From NCBI GenBank assembly GCA_018656065.1, contig JABHZY010000015.1:5622-69621 (forward strand): 64,000 nucleotides of DNA. The letters are read 5' to 3'. Of this stretch, positions 16,755-24,677 are shown piece after piece (within the stretch, counting starts at the first letter, position 1; each line of letters begins with the position of its first letter). The position numbers and the translations under genes were made by a program. The DNA is from Candidatus Komeilibacteria bacterium (GTDB taxonomy: Bacteria > Patescibacteriota > Patescibacteriia > UBA1558 > GWA2-36-10). The notes under the pieces are model-generated. The model saw only the letters and a list, made by a program, of their open reading frames with translations, did no database searches and had not been told where the DNA came from.

Positions 16755-17357
16755 TTAAAGTTTTCCTACTAGATCTAAACCAGGCTTTAAAGTATCAGCA
16801 CCAGGCTTCCAGTTAGCCGGACAAACTTGATCACCGTGTTCATGTACAAATTGAGCAGCTTGGAGAGTGCGTAGTAATTCATCGCTACTTCGTCCTATGC
16901 CATTATCATGGACTTCAATGGTTTTTAGTATTCCATCAGGGTTGATAATAAAAGTTCCTCTAAGCGCTAGACCTTCTTCTTCAATTAGGACTCCATATTT
17001 GTATGAGACCTCATGAGTTGGATCAGCTACCATAGGGAATTTTATTTTTTTGATAGTATCGCTGTCTTCATGCCAAGCTTTATGTACAAAGACAGTGTCA
17101 GTTGATACTGATAGTACTTCGGCATTGAGCTTTTTAAGCTCTTCATATTTATCAGCCAAGTCGCCTAACTCAGTAGGACAGACAAAAGTAAAGTCAGCTG
17201 GGTAGAAAAATAGAATTACCCACTTTCCTTTATAGTCAGATAGTTTTACTTTTTTAGTATCATCTTCGTGATAAATTTCTGCTTCAAAATCTGGGGCAGG
17301 ACGGCCAATTTTTAATTCATAGCCACATCCACCACCACAACAATTTTCTTTTTCCAT
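16755..17357 (-). CDS. 2-Cys peroxiredoxin (AhpC/Prx1-type) with Cys-rich N-terminal extension
   Basis: FTFVCPTE peroxidatic Cys motif and a C-terminal resolving-Cys region (GDQVCPANW). The N-terminus is MEKENCCGGGCGYE. Confidence 0.85.
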   Translation of the reverse strand: MEKENCCGGGCGYELKIGRPAPDFEAEIYHEDDTKKVKLSDYKGKWVILFFYPADFTFVCPTELGDLADKYEELKKLNAEVLSVSTDTVFVHKAWHEDSDTIKKIKFPMVADPTHEVSYKYGVLIEEEGLALRGTFIINPDGILKTIEVHDNGIGRSSDELLRTLQAAQFVHEHGDQVCPANWKPGADTLKPGLDLVGKL

Positions 17358-17396
17358 ATATTTTTTCTTTAATATTTATTATGTTTAATTTATTTT

Positions 17397-17454
17397 GTCA
17401 TTTCGACTGTAATGGAGAAATCTAGCTGGATCTCTCGACTACGCTCGAGATGAC
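17397..17454 (-). repeat. Family-A 58-bp quasi-palindromic GC-rich element, copy 1
   Basis: GTCATTTCGACTGTAATGGAGAAATCTAGCTGGATCTCTCGACTACGCTCGAGATGAC. Lies between the patatin stop and the peroxiredoxin start. Confidence 0.8.
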
Positions 17455-17469
17455 AAGCCTATTATTTAT

Positions 17470-18360
17470 TTAATTAATAAAACCAATTTTTTTTAATAAC
17501 TTTTCCCCTTTAGCTACTCCATGTTTGTATGAGGTATAAATTCTTTCTTGACTTCGCTCTCTTTTAGAGGTGTTGGCCTCATCATAGACTACATGGACAT
17601 TTTTATATCTAGCCAGAGTTTCTATGTATGGGTAATTTAGAATACTAAAAAGGTGTTTAAAGCCATACATAGGACCTAGATAACGTGCTTTAAATAATAT
17701 ATCAAGTAAATCCCAAAGTAAGAATTTTAATACTCTTGGTAGAGTCTTTCGGTCATTAAAGATATATAATATTTTTTTATCAGGATATTTACGAACAACA
17801 TTTTTTATAAAATCTCTAGTGGGCATAATACCACCATCATAATATAATTCGTTTTTTATTTTGGTGTAAGCATAAGGTGGTACTTTAGCAGACTGGATTA
17901 GACGATTAATAGTGTCTACTTTGCCATCTAGATATTCTAGACGTAAAGTTTCAGGATTAAAAACACGAGCATAGAAATTGATAGATGAAGTACGAATTTT
18001 CTTTACATCTAATTTGGTATCGCCCATAGTTTCTAATTCTCGAGCATAATCCAAATCAATAATATTAAAAGGTTTTTTGTGAATAAATAATTGCCAACAT
18101 TTATGCCAGATTATTTTAGGTGATAAATCTTTTAAAAATTTGTGTTTTTTATATAAATGCTCGTAGTATATTTTTCCACCTATTTCAGTTTGATGAGCTA
18201 GAAAATAAGCTGCGTTATGAGCGCCAGAAGATACGCCATAAACAGAGTGAACTCGAGGATATAGGTTATGTTTTTGGAAAGCTGCTAATACACCAGCACT
18301 AAAGACGCCTTGGATAGTTCCTCCTTTAACAATAATAATTACATCTCGCTCTGTTTCCAT
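17470..18360 (-). CDS. Patatin-like phospholipase
   Basis: KGGTIQG (oxyanion Gly-rich loop), GVSSGA (GxSxG) and YDGG (catalytic Asp). Confidence 0.75.
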   Translation of the reverse strand: METERDVIIIVKGGTIQGVFSAGVLAAFQKHNLYPRVHSVYGVSSGAHNAAYFLAHQTEIGGKIYYEHLYKKHKFLKDLSPKIIWHKCWQLFIHKKPFNIIDLDYARELETMGDTKLDVKKIRTSSINFYARVFNPETLRLEYLDGKVDTINRLIQSAKVPPYAYTKIKNELYYDGGIMPTRDFIKNVVRKYPDKKILYIFNDRKTLPRVLKFLLWDLLDILFKARYLGPMYGFKHLFSILNYPYIETLARYKNVHVVYDEANTSKRERSQERIYTSYKHGVAKGEKLLKKIGFIN

Positions 18361-18379
18361 TAGATTATAAATTAATATT

Positions 18380-18994
18380 TTATTTAGTAGCTTGGTATTT
18401 CTCCGCTACCTTTAGCCAGTTTATCACATTAAAGAAGTTTTCGACAAATTCGGCTCGTCTATTTTGATATTTTAGATAATATGAGTGCTCCCAAACATCA
18501 ATACTTAATATAGGGATATGACCTAGAGAGTAGGGACTATCTTGTTTACTAGTTTGTTCTATTATCAGTTTACCATCAGCTACTGACAACCAAGCCCAGC
18601 CTGAACCAAAGACAGTCATGGCAGCTTTAGTAAATTCTTCTTTGAATTTTTCTGGTGATCCAAAGGCGTCATTTATAGCTTGTAATAATTCTCCTTCTGG
18701 TTGGCCGCTTTCATTAGCTGGAGCCATGATTTCCCAAAAAAAGCTATGATGGACATGTCCGCCACCGTGATTTTTGACAGCTGAACGAATTTCTTCAGGC
18801 AAAGAATTTATATTAGCTAAGATATCTTCAGCTGATTGTTCAGCAATCTTTGGATAAGCCTCAAGGGCTTTATTAAAATTAGCGGTATAAGCAACATGGT
18901 GCTTGTCATGATGAATTTTCATGGTAGCTTCATCAATATATGGCTCTAGCGCATTGTATTCATATGGTAGAGCTGGTGTTTCAAATTTACTCAT
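18380..18994 (-). CDS. Fe/Mn superoxide dismutase
   Basis: PALPYEYNALEPYIDEATMKIHHDKHH and DVWEHSYYL. Confidence 0.9.
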   Translation of the reverse strand: MSKFETPALPYEYNALEPYIDEATMKIHHDKHHVAYTANFNKALEAYPKIAEQSAEDILANINSLPEEIRSAVKNHGGGHVHHSFFWEIMAPANESGQPEGELLQAINDAFGSPEKFKEEFTKAAMTVFGSGWAWLSVADGKLIIEQTSKQDSPYSLGHIPILSIDVWEHSYYLKYQNRRAEFVENFFNVINWLKVAEKYQATK

Positions 18995-19027
18995 ATATTT
19001 TTATTTAGTTTATTATATTATTAATTT

Positions 19028-19084
19028 GTCATTTCGACCGCAGTGGAGAAATCTAGCAAGATCTCTCGACAAGCTCGAGATGAC
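19028..19084 (-). repeat. Family-A quasi-palindromic element, copy 2
   Basis: GTCATTTCGACCGCAGTGGAGAAATCTAGCAAGATCTCTCGACAAGCTCGAGATGAC. Lies between the nifU stop and the SOD start. Confidence 0.8.
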
Positions 19085-19088
19085 AACA

Positions 19089-19811
19089 CTAGCCAAAATA
19101 TTTTTCAGTATAAAATCTAATTAATTGTTCTACTTCTGGTATCACTTCTGGATTACCAACGCCCACTTTAGTTTTTTTCTGGACAGCTTCTAGGGTGTGA
19201 GCGCCCTCGAGCACTGCTTCTTCTATGTCGTGATCGGTTACTTTAGCTATTTTATCAATTATTCTTACTTGTTCTTTAATAACTCTATCTTTTTGTTTAG
19301 TTTTTATAAAATAATTATTGATCGCAGAACGAAGTGCTTTATCGCCAAGTACTGAACAGTGGATTTTTCTAGTTGGTAAATCTCCTAAGCGCTTGGTAAT
19401 GTCTTGAGGTTTGATAGCTAGAGCTTTATCTATTTTTATACCACCTGCTTCAGATACCATAACAGAAAGCATAGAGGTGGCGGCAATAGCTGAGCCGCAA
19501 CCAAAAGTTTGCCACTTCATTTCTTTAATCTTGTCAGCTTGCTTATCTACTTTGATCCAGATCTTCATCATATCACCACAAGCAGGGGAGCCAACCATAC
19601 CTAAACCATCGTAGCCTTTCATTTTACTAGCGTCAGTCACTAGATTTTTAGGGCTAAAGAAATGTTCTTTAACTGTATCAGTATAGATCCAAGTATCATT
19701 TGTACCCTTAGGCACTACATCTACAGAACTAGCTATATCTGTTTTCCTTCGACTAGGCTTCTTTCCACTTCGGTCAAGATCTTTGACAGGACTTTTAGTC
19801 TTTTTTGGCAT
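19089..19811 (-). CDS. nifU: NifU/IscU-type Fe-S scaffold protein with Lys-rich N-terminal extension and Cys-less BFD-like middle/C-terminal region
   Basis: GSPACGDMM, FGCGSAIA and KIHCSVL (the three IscU Cys ligands). Confidence 0.8.
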   Translation of the reverse strand: MPKKTKSPVKDLDRSGKKPSRRKTDIASSVDVVPKGTNDTWIYTDTVKEHFFSPKNLVTDASKMKGYDGLGMVGSPACGDMMKIWIKVDKQADKIKEMKWQTFGCGSAIAATSMLSVMVSEAGGIKIDKALAIKPQDITKRLGDLPTRKIHCSVLGDKALRSAINNYFIKTKQKDRVIKEQVRIIDKIAKVTDHDIEEAVLEGAHTLEAVQKKTKVGVGNPEVIPEVEQLIRFYTEKYFG

Positions 19812-19830
19812 ATATATAAATGTATATTAA

Positions 19831-21072
19831 TTATAAAGTTTCAATTTTACGTGGAGCATTTTTAATAGCCCTGTCCACTTCTTTCATATCTACTATCACG
19901 GGGGAAGCAGCACGTAAATGTTTAATTATATCTGGTAAATGTTTGAGTACATATTTTATATCAGTCGCTTTAGTATATTTACCCAATGTAAAGCGCATAG
20001 ATCCATGAGCTACTTCATAAGGACAACCCAAAGCTCGGATGACATGGCTAGGGTCTAGAGTAGTTGAAGTACAAGCTGAACCAGTAGAAGCTTGAATACC
20101 TATTTCATCGAGATAGAGGAGCATAGCTTCGCCTTCTACATCTAAGATAGAAATGTTTACATTATTAGGTAGTCTTTTAGTAGTATGGCCATTTAAGATA
20201 GTCTTAGGAATAGTTTTCAAAATACCAGTTATTAGCTGATCTCTTAGTTTAGTAAGGCGTGCGTTTTCTTTATGCTTAGTTTGATTAGTTAATTCCAAAG
20301 CAGTGGCTAATCCAACAATGCCAGGGACATTTTCAGTTCCAGAACGTAGATTTTTTTCTTGACCGCCACCATCTATAATAGCTCTGATGATAGTGCCAGT
20401 TTTAATATATAAGAGACCAACGCCTTTTGGCCCATATATTTTACTACCATTAATAGTCATTAGATCAACATGAAGTTTTTTAACATCTAGATCTAGAGTT
20501 CCTGAGGCTTGGCAAGCATCAGTATGAAAATAAATTCTAGGCAAAGCCTTTTTGGCACGGGCTTTATTTATTTTTTCTATTAAAGCTCCAATTTTTTGAA
20601 TATCTTGAATAACGCCAATTTCATTATTAGCAATCATTATAGAAATTAAGCGAGTATTATCTTGAATAGCTGTTTCAATGTCACTTAATTTAATTAAACC
20701 TTCAGCATCAACTGGTAAAATAGATATAGCCTGGCCAGATTTTTTAAGACTGTCGGCAGTATGAAGTACAGCGTGATGTTCAATAGAGGAGGTAATCATA
20801 TGACCAGCTTCTATTTTATTCATTACGCCTTTGAGAGCTAGATTAACACTTTCAGTGCCACCACCAGTGAATATTATTTCATCAGTTTGGCAATTTAGTA
20901 GCTTACTAATCTTTATTTTGGCCTGACTTATAGCCTCTTTACTTTTTAAGCCTAATTGATAGAGGCTAGAGGGATTTCCATAGTAGGTATTCCAATATGG
21001 TTCCATAGCTTTAACCACTTTAGGGTCAGTAGGGGTAGTGGAGGCATAGTCTAGGTATATTTTTTTTTTCAT
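19831..21072 (-). CDS. nifS: Cysteine desulfurase (NifS/IscS, class V aminotransferase)
   Basis: 413 aa. INGSKIYGPKG (PLP Lys region) and SGSACTS (active-site Cys loop). Confidence 0.9.
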   Translation of the reverse strand: MKKKIYLDYASTTPTDPKVVKAMEPYWNTYYGNPSSLYQLGLKSKEAISQAKIKISKLLNCQTDEIIFTGGGTESVNLALKGVMNKIEAGHMITSSIEHHAVLHTADSLKKSGQAISILPVDAEGLIKLSDIETAIQDNTRLISIMIANNEIGVIQDIQKIGALIEKINKARAKKALPRIYFHTDACQASGTLDLDVKKLHVDLMTINGSKIYGPKGVGLLYIKTGTIIRAIIDGGGQEKNLRSGTENVPGIVGLATALELTNQTKHKENARLTKLRDQLITGILKTIPKTILNGHTTKRLPNNVNISILDVEGEAMLLYLDEIGIQASTGSACTSTTLDPSHVIRALGCPYEVAHGSMRFTLGKYTKATDIKYVLKHLPDIIKHLRAASPVIVDMKEVDRAIKNAPRKIETL

Positions 21073-21152
21073 AATTTATTTTTTTAAATGAGAGTAAAGG
21101 CGCCTAATCATTGATTTTGATAGGTTTAAGATCCTTATAATTTAGCATCTAG

Positions 21153-21371
21153 CTATTTTACAGGTGGATGAATCTGTTTACCATCATCATCAGAGATAAT
21201 AATAGCGTTAACTGGACAGCTTTGAGCTGATTGGAGGATAGTAGCTTCATCATCTCCCTTGGGATCCTTGATAATAGCAATGCCTTCGTCATCTAATTCA
21301 AAGGTGTTTGGAGCTACTGCGACGCAAGTAGCCACACTAGTACAAAGCTCTCTGTCTACTTCAATTTTCAT
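21153..21371 (-). CDS. Small ferredoxin (single-cluster Fer4_13-like)
   Basis: 72 aa. C..TC.AVAP...F......SCP pattern. Confidence 0.7.
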   Translation of the reverse strand: MKIEVDRELCTSVATCVAVAPNTFELDDEGIAIIKDPKGDDEATILQSAQSCPVNAIIISDDDGKQIHPPVK

Positions 21372-21395
21372 ATATAAATATAATTAATTATAATA

Positions 21396-21440
21396 ATGGC
21401 CCAGGCCACCCTCTCTAGCCTTGCTATTCACCTTGTATTA
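21396..21440 (-). promoter_or_regulatory. Conserved 45-nt 5' UTR element, copy 2
   Basis: See 2606-2650. Here it heads the ferredoxin-nifS-nifU-SOD-patatin-prx gene string and follows a TATAAT. Confidence 0.45.
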
Positions 21441-21472
21441 TTATAACCTAAAACAATTTTTTTTTATATACC

Positions 21473-21501
21473 TTGACAAAAGCCATTTTTCATGCTATAC
21501 T
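21473..21501 (+). promoter_or_regulatory. Strong sigma-70 promoter (TTGACA-N17-TGcTATACT)
   Basis: TTGACA at 21473-21478, TG at 21493-21494, TATACT at 21496-21501. Confidence 0.6.
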
Positions 21502-21507
21502 GTCTTT

Positions 21508-21562
21508 GTAAGTTAGAATTGGCAACAAATTCCGAAAGGAGTTGTGCCAATTTTTTATTTTT
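21508..21562 (+). ncRNA. Candidate ~55-nt small RNA or attenuator: single hairpin with GAAA tetraloop plus U-tract
   Basis: AATTGGCAACAAATTCC-GAAA-GGAGTTGTGCCAATT (21517-21552), then TTTTTTATTTTT. Starts about 7 nt after the promoter above. No ORF. Confidence 0.4.
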
Positions 21563-21657
21563 CTAAACTCTTTTAGAAAAATAGCCCCAATATTTAATAA
21601 TTAATTTTCTAACTTATTAAAAAACTTCTAATTAAATTTTATTAAGAAGAATAAAGT

Positions 21658-21801
21658 ATGCTAAATAATAATTTAAAATCATTTAAACTGGTCATCAAAC
21701 CAGGTGATCGGCAATTAAGGAATAGTGATTACTGGGCAATAATTACTTTGTGTTCAGTGGGTGCGTTTACTCTTCTTTTTATAGTAGGAGGATCTATTTA
21801 A
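21658..21801 (+). CDS. 47-aa small membrane peptide, paralog 1 (KSF...WAI family)
   Basis: My translation is MLNNNLKSFKLVIKPGDRQLRNSDYWAIITLCSVGAFTLLFIVGGSI. Shares KSF at residues 7-9 and WAI at 26-28 with the next ORF. Confidence 0.45.
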   Translation: MLNNNLKSFKLVIKPGDRQLRNSDYWAIITLCSVGAFTLLFIVGGSI

Positions 21802-21823
21802 CAAAAATAAAAACAAAAATAAT

Positions 21824-21949
21824 ATGAAAGAGTGTAAATGTAAATCTTTTCAGCTAGCGGGATTTCGAGCTACTCCTGAAATAGAAAGTCATGAGAATTG
21901 GGCAATATTAAGTCTATTTCTCCTTAACCTAACATTTTGGTACGTTTAA
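21824..21949 (+). CDS. 41-aa small membrane peptide, paralog 2 (KSF...WAI family)
   Basis: MKECKCKSFQLAGFRATPEIESHENWAILSLFLLNLTFWYV. Preceded by a (YAAAAA)n tract. Confidence 0.45.
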   Translation: MKECKCKSFQLAGFRATPEIESHENWAILSLFLLNLTFWYV

Positions 21950-21971
21950 AAAAATAAAAACAAAAACAAAA

Positions 21972-22034
21972 ATGTCACAATTAATGTATGTCTTGCTAAT
22001 TTTTAGTTGGACACCAATCACCTTGTATTGTTAA
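21972..22034 (+). CDS. Possible 20-aa hydrophobic mini-ORF
   Basis: MSQLMYVLLIFSWTPITLYC. Preceded by the same (YAAAAA)n tract as paralog 2. Very short, so weak. Confidence 0.2.
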   Translation: MSQLMYVLLIFSWTPITLYC

Positions 22035-22170
22035 AAATACAATCTAGGTGCCTCTCAATTAATACTTGAGATGAAAACAAAAATAAAAACAACCTGCCTC
22101 GACTTGACCCGCGTCGCTGCGAGGCATAAGTCGATTCAAGGTGGGAAAAGAACATTAAAAATTTAAAATT

Positions 22171-22347
22171 ATGTCATTTTGGAAAAATCTATTCGGAGCT
22201 TCCAAAAAGGAAACTCAAATAATGGAGGAGCCAGAGCATGACCTAAGGGTAGCCCCTCCTGATGATCTGATGATCGTCAAAGATGAAGAAGAATCTAATA
22301 TCTCAGAAGATAAAAAAGAAAATTTAGATAATAGGGACTCTCCCTGA
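22171..22347 (+). CDS. 58-aa acidic hypothetical protein
   Basis: MSFWKNLFGASKKETQIMEEPEHDLRVAPPDDLMIVKDEEESNISEDKKENLDNRDSP. Just under the ORF-track cutoff. Confidence 0.35.
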   Translation: MSFWKNLFGASKKETQIMEEPEHDLRVAPPDDLMIVKDEEESNISEDKKENLDNRDSP

Positions 22348-22426
22348 TAAGAAATATTAGCTTTCTATCTTATATGGAGAGCTTGGAAAATTTGAAAGAG
22401 TTAATTAATAAAATAAAAATAAACAT

Positions 22427-22657
22427 ATGGGATTTGGAATGAGTGGTCTTGGGCCTGATGCGGCGAAAAAGATATCTATAAGTGAAGAAGAAAGTAAAAT
22501 ACTTATAGAAAAACATATAGCCAAAAAAGCAGCAGCTAAGTCTGCGCCAGAAGCTGTTGTTGATAAAGCGGCAATTCAAGAGCAGGAAGCAATTCAAGAA
22601 GAGGAAGAAGTTGGTCAAATGGAAGATATTCGTGAACAAATTGACAGAAGTTCTTGA
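22427..22657 (+). CDS. 76-aa acidic/Lys-rich hypothetical protein
   Basis: Track ORF. Preferred over the antisense 22370-22666 ORF, whose translation is low-complexity F/L/N junk. Confidence 0.4.
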   Translation: MGFGMSGLGPDAAKKISISEEESKILIEKHIAKKAAAKSAPEAVVDKAAIQEQEAIQEEEEVGQMEDIREQIDRSS

Positions 22658-22845
22658 TTCTAACAAAGAACCCTCAGAGATAAAAAGTGCTTAAAATTAT
22701 ATGTAGCAAAAACAAAAACAAAAATTAAAAGCTAATCCTAGGCTAGATAATTAGGATAATAAAAAAACTCCCGAAAAATGGAGAAAATAAAATTTTAAAA
22801 AGATTTTTAGAGTAAAAATAAACTCTAAACAAAAATTAAATAAAA

Positions 22846-22895
22846 AACTTTGTTATATAACAGAGTTTTTTATTTTGGCTTAAAAATGTTATAAT
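22846..22895 (+). repeat. Terminator-promoter junction (hairpin + T-run + TGtTATAAT) ahead of korA
   Basis: AACTTTGTTA-TA-TAACAGAGTT (22846-22867), TTTTTTATTTT, TG at 22887-22888 and TATAAT at 22890-22895. Confidence 0.6.
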
Positions 22896-22925
22896 AATAA
22901 TAAAGTTTTAATCTTAAAAATTCCC

Positions 22926-24665
22926 ATGCAAAACAAAAATAATTTGACTTGGAAGATCGCCGGTGAAGCCGGTTTTGGTATTAAGTCAGCTGGTATGATG
23001 TTTGGAAAAATATTTATGCGAGCTGGTTACGAAATTTTTGATTTTACAGAATATCCATCGCTAATTAGAGGTGGACACAACACTTATCAATTAGTAGTAG
23101 ATACCAGGCCAGTCAATAGTGTATTCAAAAAAAATGATATTTTGGTGGCTCTGAATCAAAATACCATTAAACAAAATTTAGCAGAGCTAAACAGTGGCGG
23201 AGCTCTAATTTATGACAGTGATAAAGTAAAAGTAAGTCCTGCTAAACTAAAAAATGATCATGTTCAAAACATTGGTATTCCTTTGACTAGTATAGCTAAG
23301 GAGGCTGGTGGCGAACTCATGAGAAACGTAGTGGCCTTAGGAGCTACTATGTATTTAGTTGGTCAAAAACTTACTATTGCTAATAAGGTGGTTAAAGAGA
23401 CTTTTTCTAAAAAAGGAAAAAAGATTGTAGACAATAATCTTAAGGCTCTAAAAGCTGGCTATGACTTTGTAAAAGAAAATAGTAAAGATGAATTTATGTG
23501 TCAGCTACCAACTTTGGCAGCCAAAGATAATATTTTTATTACAGCTAATGAATCTATGGCTCTGGGTGCAGTAGCTGGAGGTCTAGGATTTTACGCTGCT
23601 TATCCAATGACCCCTTCTTCATCAATACTTCATTATTTGGCTAAGATTGCCAGTAAGACAGGATTAGTAGTTAAGCATGCTGAAGATGAAATATCAGTCG
23701 CTAATATGGCTTTAGGGGCTTCTCATATGGGAGCTAGGTCAATGGTGGCTACCTCTGGAGGAGGTTTTGCCTTAATGACTGAAACTTTAGGTTTGATGGG
23801 CTTAACCGAAACACCAATGGTACTTATTAATGTGCAAAGAGGAGGTCCAGCAACTGGACTACCTACTTGGACAGAGCAGGCTGATTTACAATTTATGCTT
23901 CACGCTGCTCAAGGTGATTTTCCTAGAATAGTAATGGCTCCCGGAGATGCTGGCGAAGCCTTTGAGATGGGCCACCAAGCACTTAATTGGGCCGATATGT
24001 ATCAAGCGCCAGTACTTATTTTATCTGACAAATTGATTGGCGAGGGGAATACTACAGTGCCAAGATTTAATACTAAAAATGTAAAAATAAACAGAGGTAA
24101 GATTTTGACTCAAGCACAGTTAAGTAAGATAAAAGAGTATGGTCGTTATAAAGTAACTCCAGATGGTATTTCACCAAGAGCTTTGCCGGGTATGAAGGGT
24201 GGGCTTTTTATTGCTAATAGTGATGAGCACGATGCCTATGGATTTTCTAACGAAGATAGTCAGAATCGTATTGACCAAGTTGATAAAAGATATAGAAAAT
24301 TAGATCAGTTTAGAAAAATAATGCCAAAGCCTTTGATCTATGGAAATCCTAAGGCTAAAAAAACTGTAGTTTTTTGGGGATCAAATAAAGGTGTAGTTTT
24401 AGATTCTTATGTAGCTCTGCCTGACAAGATAAAGTCTAAAATTAGAATAATGCAGTATCAATATCTATGGCCTTTTGATGCAGATTTTACTAAAAAGATT
24501 TTGGATAGCTCTAAAGACATATTACTTATAGAAAATAATCCTAATGGTCAGCTGGCTAATCTTATTGCTCAAGAAACTGGCATTATGATTGAAAATAAAT
24601 TACTCAAATATGATGGACGCCCTTTCTTTAGGGAAGAAATAATTAGTGCTTTAAAAAAATTATAA
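22926..24665 (+). CDS. korA: 2-oxoacid:ferredoxin oxidoreductase, alpha subunit (gamma+alpha fused)
   Basis: 579 aa. The N-terminal gamma-like domain (KIAGEAGFGIKSAG) is followed by an alpha domain (AAYPMTPSS). Confidence 0.85.
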   Translation: MQNKNNLTWKIAGEAGFGIKSAGMMFGKIFMRAGYEIFDFTEYPSLIRGGHNTYQLVVDTRPVNSVFKKNDILVALNQNTIKQNLAELNSGGALIYDSDKVKVSPAKLKNDHVQNIGIPLTSIAKEAGGELMRNVVALGATMYLVGQKLTIANKVVKETFSKKGKKIVDNNLKALKAGYDFVKENSKDEFMCQLPTLAAKDNIFITANESMALGAVAGGLGFYAAYPMTPSSSILHYLAKIASKTGLVVKHAEDEISVANMALGASHMGARSMVATSGGGFALMTETLGLMGLTETPMVLINVQRGGPATGLPTWTEQADLQFMLHAAQGDFPRIVMAPGDAGEAFEMGHQALNWADMYQAPVLILSDKLIGEGNTTVPRFNTKNVKINRGKILTQAQLSKIKEYGRYKVTPDGISPRALPGMKGGLFIANSDEHDAYGFSNEDSQNRIDQVDKRYRKLDQFRKIMPKPLIYGNPKAKKTVVFWGSNKGVVLDSYVALPDKIKSKIRIMQYQYLWPFDADFTKKILDSSKDILLIENNPNGQLANLIAQETGIMIENKLLKYDGRPFFREEIISALKKL

Positions 24666-24677
24666 ATTATATATCCT

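Noticed and set aside
18921-19124. 67-aa plus-strand ORF (…SFRPQWRNLARSLDKLEMT…), and likewise 24569-24775 minus (…HFDRSGEIYQDLSTTLEMT…)
   Set aside because: Both are read-throughs of the family-A palindromic repeat in intergenic spacers. The shared peptide reflects the DNA repeat, not a gene.
22071-22166. 31-aa basic ORF (MKTKIKTTCLDLTRVAARHKSIQGGKRTLKI)
   Set aside because: It is essentially the translation of an A-tract plus a GC-rich palindromic repeat (GCCTCG...CGAGGC). There is no independent support.
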